From the human T2T-CHM13v2.0 reference genome, Homo sapiens, in NCBI RefSeq assembly GCF_009914755.1, contig NC_060927.1: a stretch of 64,000 nt of DNA; one strand, written 5' to 3'. Position numbers and translations under genes: made by a program. The notes beneath the pieces are model-generated. The model was given only the letters and a program-made list of their open reading frames with translations. It was not told where the DNA came from and ran no database searches. Of this stretch, positions 55,942 through 64,000 are shown one piece after another. Each line of letters opens with the position of its first letter. Within the stretch, counting starts at the first letter, position 1.

Positions 55942-57279
55942 CAATTTTAAGGATACATTTATGTATAATAAAAATGGCATTTCATCAGATAAAATGAAAA
56001 CCAAAAAGGTAATCTCAGTGGTACTGTGAAATGAAAATTAAAATACATGAGTTCTAATTCTCAATTGATCACTCAAGTTTTTGGATAACGAACTAAATTT
56101 TTCTCTTCTCAGTTAAAACACTTTAAAATGAGATGGTGGACTGCCTAATCTCCAAGGCCTTTCCTATTCTACATATCTATGAGGTTTTCCTACAGTAATT
56201 AACAAAATCTGAAGTAAAGTGTTTTATTTTGTAAAGGTTAATCACACATTAACTGGAGATTAAGTTTTAATTACAGGTAACTACAAAAAAAAAAAAAAAA
56301 AGTCTACTTGCCCTGCACTCCTGATAAGAAACTCAACTATATCGTAAGATACTTGTGACTTTAAAGGACTTGAAATGACATAATAAAAACATCGTAGTGC
56401 AAATGGCCTGTGTATAGCATAGAAATAAGAATAAAAGGCTTGTTTTCTTACATTTTTAAAATTTTCTAAAAGTTATATCCTGCTGTAAATATATGACTAT
56501 AGTCTTAAGAGTTTATAGTTTATACCATTATAGAGTTTATACAATACTTTGATACATACAATATCATTTGATCATAAAAATAGCTTGTGTAGTAGGCAAA
56601 AATAGTTGTCAGTTATCTTTATTTAATAAATTACAGTATTTCATGCTATTAAGAGGTTGATCTTCTGACTACTTGTTGACCATTTTGAACTTATTACATC
56701 CTTTATGAAAAGTCTTTATCTATGACATAGGCTTTTCTATAAGTTTCAACTAAAGAGAAATCACTATATAAAATTGAGATGAATTATACAATTATTTAGC
56801 AAATCACATGTTCATATATATAAGTGCACAGAATTTACTGTGCTTGAATATGTTGGCACAGAAGCCAGTTTCCTTGTCTAAATATTGTCTGTTTTCTCCC
56901 TTAGTGATAGCATTAGAAGCAACAACAAAAACAACTTAGAACAGTTCTGTACCTTGTCTAACCCAAATGAGAGACAGCACAGAATAATAAGCTTTATGTT
57001 ATTTCCATAGACGTTATATAAATCTGATCCATATTAAATAAAGTCACCCCATTTTCCATGGCTCATAAGGATGAAATTGTGTAACAAACAAATGGGTTTA
57101 TGGTGGTCTATTTCCTCTCTCCCGTTTGAATTTGTTCATCTTTGGCTACTGATATATTTCTCAAACGATACAATGTGACTCCAATTTTTTTACTGATATC
57201 TATTTAGTGCTGCCCTGAAAGTGATCTGTAAAGGAGACTCCTTATCCAGTTAGGCATTGGTTTTTACCTCTATGTACAT

Positions 57280-57762
57280 AGCAGAATCATTAAAAAACAA
57301 AAGAACGACAACCTGTGCCCAGTCCCTTCCCCAAACAAACTACATCAGAATTTCTGAGAAGAGAGGATATGTGGCAGCAGTATTTTTAAGAAGTTCCCCA
57401 GCTGATGGTACTGTGCTCCCGTGGCTGTGAAGTATCGAATGCAGTGCTTCTCCAACCTCAATATGCTAGCGAATCGCTTGGAAGTCTTATTAAAATGTGG
57501 ACTTTGATTTAGTCCCTCCAGCATAGGTCCTGAGATTTTGTTTTTTTTTTTTTTTTTAATGCAACTATGTGATACTTAAGATGCCCACCTGTGGATCACA
57601 CTTGTAGTATCCTGTAGTATCAGCATCACCTGAGAACTTGTGAGAAATGCAAATTCTCAGACTTACCAGGGACCTACTGACTCAAAAACTCTAGCGATGG
57701 AGGTCAAGCAATCTGCTATAGCAAGCCCTCCACATACACACTGAAATTTGAGACACACTGGC
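57280..57762. mobile_element. Cluster of MER5-family relics
   Basis: Repeated MER5 motifs (atcagaatttctg, cagtgcttctc, atcagcatcacctgagaacttgtgagaaatgcaaattctc). Confidence 0.65.
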
Positions 57763-57947
57763 CTAAAAAAAAGAAAAAAGAAAAAAGAATTCTCTGAAGT
57801 CTAAATAACTGGCTGTATGTGGTTGAAAAGCCGTTGATTGTTTACATTTGTGTAGCACTTTACAATTCAACAAACTTCTACCTTACCTCCTGTGAACGTC
57901 TTAAAACAACCCTGTAGGGTAACTAAAATAGATAGTTTCAGCATTTT

Positions 57948-58244
57948 TATTTATTTATTTATTTTTGAGACGGAGTCTCGCTCTGTCGCCAGGCTGGAGC
58001 GCAGTGGCGCGATCTTGGCTCACTGCAACCTCCGCCTCACGGGTTCAAGCGATTCTCCTTTCTCAGTCTCCTAAGCAGCTGGGACTACAGGTGGGCGCCA
58101 CCACGCCCAGCTAGTTTTTGTATTTTTAGTAAAGATGGGGTTTCACCATGTTGGCCAGGATGATCTCAATCTCTTGACCTTGTGATCCCCCCGCCTCAGC
58201 CTCCCAAAGTGCTGGGATTACAGGCGTGAGCCACCGCACCCAGC
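57948..58244 (-). mobile_element. AluSc inserted in a MIR
   Basis: Full-length Alu; 17-bp TSD ga(t/c)agtttcagcatttt; MIR sequence on both sides. Confidence 0.9.
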
Positions 58245-61200
58245 TGACAGTTTCAGCATTTTGTAAAGGAAAATGAAGCTCAAAGTATTCAAGAGACTTG
58301 CTTAAAGTTACAGCATGCAAGGATAGATCCAAATTCAGAGCCCAGATCTTCTGAGTCGTACAAACTAAGAGGTAGGACATTGAGAGAAAAACAGGGCCAG
58401 TGGCTATAAGCTGTAAATTATGCCCTGGAGGAGGGATATCTCTGAGGCTCAGATGATGACAGGGAGAGGGACAAGGATATTGAGGCAACCTCCTATCAGG
58501 GGAGTCACAGCCCTTTGTATTTGGCACTCTCAGAGACCAGGGTAAAATGCACTAATCCTTTTTGGGCAGAGTTTGCTGTTATGTGGAATCAGCTTTGAGA
58601 AACACAAAGGTTTAACCCTCACCAGTGACTCAGTGGATGAGTCAGTCACCTTTGGTTCTTTCCACAATTCTACAAATACGTCATTCTAAGTCAAACCACA
58701 TAAAATAAAAATCTCCTGTGTATTGTATGTGTGTATAAACCCACTTATATGTCCCATACTTACAGAAACACAGGTGGCCACAATTTGCTTTTCTTACGAG
58801 ATTTGCCCACTCTGTTTCTCAGGCCATAAATGACAACAAATGATAAAGCTCACAGGTACATAAATATTCTTTAACAAAATGTATATAATATGCCATATTC
58901 CTAGATGATATATAGTATGCTATACTCCATCATTTACTAAGTATATTTGATAAAGGATTTATCTGCAATGCACGATCCTTACAGTATCAGGGCTAACCAA
59001 CAAATTTTGATAACATTTAGTGATTTAACTACAGAAAAAGAAAATTTCATGATGGTCACAAACTTACCCAGTAGGCCCATGCCCACAGTTTGTTTCAAAT
59101 AGTGAATTGTAAGTCATAGAAAATCACATATCGTATCAAGAATTTGAGGGTTGACACTTCATTAGTGAATATTGCCATTCCACATGATTTACAGAAGATA
59201 AACAGAAATTTGAACAAGATCTTTATATTTCACTATCAAATAATCAAATCTCCTTTTGTTGTTTCTTCTTTTCCCCCCTTGGTGTAGAAACAAACAGGGA
59301 ATTAAAGACCCCAACTTTGAAAAAACTAAACATTAGCTATTCTTCATTTAGATACTTAGTTTCCTTGGGAATCTGTAATACTTGTTAGGTACGCTAACAT
59401 TTAACTGGGAACAATGTTATTATCATTAAAAGTATTATAATATCCTGTAAACATCAGATAGGGTCAGAATTGTGAGCTAAATAAAATTTTATTACCTTGA
59501 ATTTAGAATATTTAAAATCACAAGTGTGAAGTCCCTGTATTTTATCACATGCCTACTTGTTTTATATCCAGATACGCATGTGTATGTACGTTTTACAAAG
59601 TTGCCTTATGAATAGATATGTGATAATATAATGTATTATAAAACTAACATGGTTCTTTGTGGCCAAATATTTTATTATTATCTTTTCAGAAATCTGCCAC
59701 TCATGTTGAAAATATGGTCAGTAGGACTATTAAAAATGAAATTTTAAAGGTTGGTTTGAAATACCCTCTATTTCTGCTATTCTTTGACTTGTAAGAGAAC
59801 TATTAATACATAGTCTCAACCTTCCAATATTAAGCAGGAGGTGAATCTCTATGGGTATGAGGGTAGGAGGGAAGAAACAGTGTTAGAAACTTATCCTGTA
59901 ATTGAACTCTTACTCCTGTGGGAGCTGGTAATGAGGCAGGTAGACTCTGTTTAGAAAAGCACCTGAGGCAGCTTCATGACTGAAGTCCTGCGGATAAGCG
60001 TGTCTCACTCTTTCCTGTACACACAAATATAAATGCAGATTCTGGTTGTTCTATTTAGGGAGGACCGCCAAGGCTGCTGCTGCTGCCGCCACTACTCTGT
60101 GAATCACACTTTGATTCTTTGTCCCTGGGACAGAAGTTGGTATTGTGGTTATCTTTAGTTCTTTATATAATTTCTCACACAGGTCTGTAATCTCCTCTAG
60201 AAAATAATTGAGTTAGGTATGTATACATGAAGCTACCTCTCTTTCCCTCCAATTTTGTCACCATAATTATATAGTTTTTATTATTTTCAAAATGATAGAA
60301 ATTGAGGGCAAGACCTGAAGCCTAGTGTGCACTCTCCTATCTGATGCATAATTACAGTAAAGATCATAATTATACAAAAATGAGCATCAATCCCCAAAAG
60401 AAACTCTTGTTTCACAGAAAACTTTAAGTCAGTGAAGGTAAATGTTTTGGGGACAGACAGCCAAACTCCTGTCACTGGATTACCAGAATTACAAACCTCC
60501 CTTGTCTCCTGTTGCCATCTCATATCATTCGGGGCCACAAACTCACTAAGAGAATTATTTTTTTCTCCTAGCCATTTCACTTTCTCGGTGCCAGACATCT
60601 ACTGTGGCTTCCAATGAATCAAGTTCTCCTTCCTTTCCTTCCCTGAAAGCTCATGCACCCAGTAAAATGTCACAAATAAAGTGAAAACACACCTTTCCCA
60701 GGCTGGCCTTATAAGCAGAAAGCAAGAGCACCATTCTTCACCAGGAAACTGACCCAGAAAGCTTACTGGTTTTAAAGAGATTGAGAAGAAGGTCAGCTAA
60801 GAAGACAAAGGGAATTCTCTCCATAGTTAATTCTGATGAAGCTCCACCAACCCCAAAATAAACCCTTGTCCAAGGCAAGGAAATAAAAAAGAGGGCATGT
60901 AAGGTGAGGTCTGGAAAAGAAATGGTGTTTCATAGGCGACTTATTTGCATGCTCTGTTTGTCTGTCTTTTCTTTCCCAGAGAATAAGTGGTTCTGTGTTT
61001 ATTTTTTCTCTCAGAGTCCCTATTTCCACACTGTAATGTCTGCTAAAGCGTAATGTTTAAAACTCTGTTTCTATTGCGCCATAGACATACAAAAGCACAT
61101 ATGTATCATCCATAGATATGTATACAGTGAGACTGCCTCTGTATGAAAGCATAAGAATGTTTTTATTCTTCTGAATTAACATTTCTATACTTATCTAACT

Positions 61201-62573
61201 CTTAGACAACTGTAGTTTAAGGTATAGGAGATGCTAACTTAGAAAGACCTTACAAAGCTCAAGGACACTGAAATAAAAAACATATACATTCAAGTTATTC
61301 ATTTTTCTCATATTCAATCTTGTAACCAGTGAACAAAATTTCTAGGGATAGCATATATTTATATAGAGTGCTTCACCATTAAAGGGTTAATGATGTTAGG
61401 GAGTATGAATGTTAGCAATTGAAATGGCATGCTTGTGTGTTTGCAAAAACATTTTCTGCACCATGTCCAAATTCCTTTGCAAACAGATAAATTACTCTGT
61501 AAATCTGATTACTCCATGTGGATAAATCACACATGCAGGTTTATAAGGCTGAAGAGCTAGAAGGGAAAATCTGCTTTGGATAGTAGGATCTTTGGGATTC
61601 GTAATCACCCAATGCTCAGGAAATGAAGAAAGGAGTGCTTACACATTAGCATTTTCTTACTTTTTACAATCTGGAGAAACACATACCCACACAACACACA
61701 CACATGCAATGCACGGCACACAACACACACTTTCGTCTCTAACAAGGCTAGAGCTCCCAAAGCAGGACACTGTGACAGCCAACCAAATTTATTTCTGAGA
61801 AAAGGAAAGAAAACTTTGCTGCTGTCGGCAGCTCTGCTAGAGAACTGCTCCCTGATGCCCCAGGGTTTATGCACTATCAGCTCCTTGCACACAGATTAGA
61901 GGTTTATTTTCTATTGTATACTGTGTTTTTATTGCCACAACAAGCAATATTACCTAGATAGACAGACTGACACTGGGTCATTTTATTTGGAGGAAATGAG
62001 ATTTTTAAAAGATCTCCAAGGAGAGTGATTCTTTCTTTTTGTTAGCATCTGCCAGAAATTCAAGGAAAGCTAGAAAAAAGAACAAGGGGTAGGTACAGTT
62101 GGTGGAGAGGAGGAAGAGAAAAGAGAAGCACAAAAAATAACCTTGGAGCATTTTAGAAATAAAAATATGACTAGGTCTCATTTGAGTCTCTCTAGCTCAC
62201 AGTACCTGATAGGGGTCAAACTCCCAAGGACTTGGGACTCTTCTTTCCAAATTTCAATCTCAAATTATTTTAGAGTTTGCCAGAGCTGCACAGAAAAAAA
62301 GACTTTGAAGTCAATAATCAATTTGAAATATCCATTTTATGCCAGGTTAATTCTCTCCCAACCTCTGTGTTTAACACTCCTACTCTTAAATATCAGCAAT
62401 TTGGCAAATTCCTTTTCTTTCTGCTCTTCATATCTTGTGTTGATTTATATCCACATTCCAGGAAAGGCTCAGTAACCAACCAAAGTTCTAAGATTGATTT
62501 ATTGCCCTCCATGTCAATTAGAAGATCCTTACAGAAAGTCTTCTATCAGAAACCCTCACACACAACCTTGATA

Positions 62574-62613
62574 TGTGTGTGTGTGTGTGTGTATGTGTGT
62601 GTGTGTGTTGGCA

Positions 62614-62647
<34 letters not shown>
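62574..62647. repeat. (TG)n followed by (CA)n, forming an inverted dinucleotide repeat
   Basis: TG run 62574-62608, short spacer, CA run ~62618-62647. Confidence 0.95.
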
Positions 62648-62653
<6 letters not shown>

Positions 62654-62951
62654 GGAGGAGCAAGGAGAATGCAGTACTGTGTACTACTCTCTGAGAGCCA
62701 TAATCCAACAACCTTTCTTTCAGAATTAAGGACTCCCAACAAAACTCTCAAGTGCAATGCCACAGCAATTACAATAGTGAGAATACTGCCCAGAAGTCAC
62801 TAATGCCATGGGTGAAGTTAGGCTTCCTTGATAAGAGAAACAAGGTCCTAAGAACCGAACAACATTTAACCAACACCACTGCTGCTTGACAGGGACCAGA
62901 ATTCCCTTGAATTTTGTTAGCTATAATGCCAACCAGTCAGTAAAACAGGGA

Positions 62952-63023
62952 CACACACACACACACCACACACACACACACCACAAGCCTGCAGCATCAG
63001 GAGCTGGAGTTCAAGGAGATCAG

Positions 63024-63058
<35 letters not shown>

Positions 63059-63059
63059 C
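62952..63059. repeat. Two (CA)n tracts immediately inside intron 1
   Basis: CA runs at ~62952-62984 and ~63024-63059. Confidence 0.95.
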
Positions 63060-63100
63060 GTGTAGACGCGCGCAGCAGAAAAGTTGCCCGAAAGCCCTAC

Positions 63101-63255
63101 CTGAGGATGGCTGTGTCCCCCTGCCTCACGGTGATGTTGTCCGTGCCTCGGTTAAAATCCACGCTGCGAACAGGCAGTCCTGTGGGAAGAAGGCAGAGCA
63201 ATCTCAGTAGGACCAGTGGCAACTGTTTCCGATCCGGCTGAACTCTCCTGACCAT
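63101..63255 (-). CDS. LSAMP: LSAMP exon 1b coding part (signal peptide + start of Ig domain 1), phase-2 exon end
   Basis: Reverse complement translates to [51 protein letters not shown]+AG, which I recognise as the human LSAMP N-terminus. The start is a perfect Kozak GCCACCATGG and the exon ends at donor CAG|GTAGGG (63101/63100). Confidence 0.97.
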
Positions 63256-63710
63256 GGTGGCCACGCCGAGGTGCGGGTCCGCGGGGTGCTCTGGAGGGGT
63301 GCGCGCTGCTCGCGAGGAGAGGCTTCACCAACACGGGGCTTTCATCCACAGCGAGCGCAGAGCGGGCTTTGCCAGTTTATGGTCCTTTCCACTTTGCCTC
63401 TCTCTTTCCCTCGCTCAGTCTCTTTTCCCTCTAAGACTTAACAAAGCCCTCATAAAACCCAAGCAGAAGGGTGAAAAGTAAAAGCAACACAATTTCAAAA
63501 GAGAGAGTGCAAATAGCAAGCCCTCTGGAAGAGCTGAAGAGGAAGCCAAAGGAAAGGGTTCTTGTTTGGTCTCTCTGTGACTGGATGCTCCTCTGCCAGT
63601 GTCTGAGCTGAGCTCCTTCGCTCTGTAACCCACTTTCCCAGGCTGGCGGGCGGGCGGGCGAGGGAGCCGGCACCAAGCCTGCCAGTGAGTGTACAGAAAC
63701 AGCCACACAG
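63256..63710 (-). other. LSAMP: LSAMP 1b 5' UTR (upstream boundary approximate)
   Basis: Contiguous sequence upstream of the ATG, CpG-rich near the start codon. The TSS cannot be read from sequence; placing it near the CTG tract is an estimate. Confidence 0.6.
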
Positions 63711-63736
63711 CAGCAGCAGCAGCAGAAGCAGCAGCA
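63707..63736 (+). repeat. Interrupted (CAG)n / (CTG)n trinucleotide tract
   Basis: About six pure CAG units, then aag cag cag caa. Confidence 0.9.
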
Positions 63737-64000
63737 ACCCAGAGCCTCTCTCCCCCTCCTCCCTTTCCTGTTTCTCCCAGTCCCTGGCGCTCTCTCAGCT
63801 CAGCACCTCCCCCCCACCCCCCCACCCTCCCCCCACCCTGCTGGTTTTCAACAGCCCCTCCACGTCATCCCCTCCGCCCTCCCCTCGACGTGGCCCCTCG
63901 CTTTGCACAACTGCCCCCTTCAGCAGCAGCCAGCCTCAATGAAAGCCTGATGCGCCTTTGGGTTGTCAGGACGACAGCTCCATCTGAGGCCTGGCTGATT

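Larger units (their letters stand above)
63060..64000 (-). promoter_or_regulatory. CpG-enriched LSAMP 1b promoter region
   Basis: CpG and GC content rise sharply relative to the intron. Overlapping GC boxes ggcgggcgggcgggcg at ~63645-63660, C-tracts at 63809-63838 and CCACGTCA at 63860-63867. Confidence 0.8.

Noticed and set aside
63254-63942. Plus-strand and alternative-frame ORFs over the promoter
   Set aside because: They come from GC/CAG-rich sequence and the palindromic accatggt; only the minus-strand frame matches a known protein with a splice donor.

Overview
This is human genomic DNA; a human-specific AluYb8 at 45334-45645 supports the species call. The only host coding sequence I can support is the 155-nt coding part of LSAMP exon 1b (IgLON neural adhesion molecule; minus strand, 63255->63101, [52 protein letters not shown]|). 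It is absent from the ORF track because it is spliced. Its GC-rich promoter and 5' leader occupy ~63256-64000, and everything from 63100 down to 1 is the start of the very long first intron. The intron is filled with Alu, L1, L2, MIR, LTR (MER52, MST, MER67/31-like) and DNA-transposon (MER58, MER5, MER2) relics. The other listed ORFs are L1 ORF2 remnants, Alu or microsatellite translations, or chance. I find no evidence for a new multi-gene biological system. The most interesting local signals are: an 82-bp copy of the flank/LTR junction pasted 503 bp downstream inside a MER52 LTR, coinciding with a sharp change in CpG retention; signal-peptide codons that double as a 3' splice site; two uORFs; a (TG)n/(CA)n hairpin and UG tracts next to the donor; a tail-less Alu flanked by direct repeats; a young AluYb8; and a compact AP-1/CRE/RUNX motif cluster. 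Repeat subfamily calls and boundaries are by eye and approximate.
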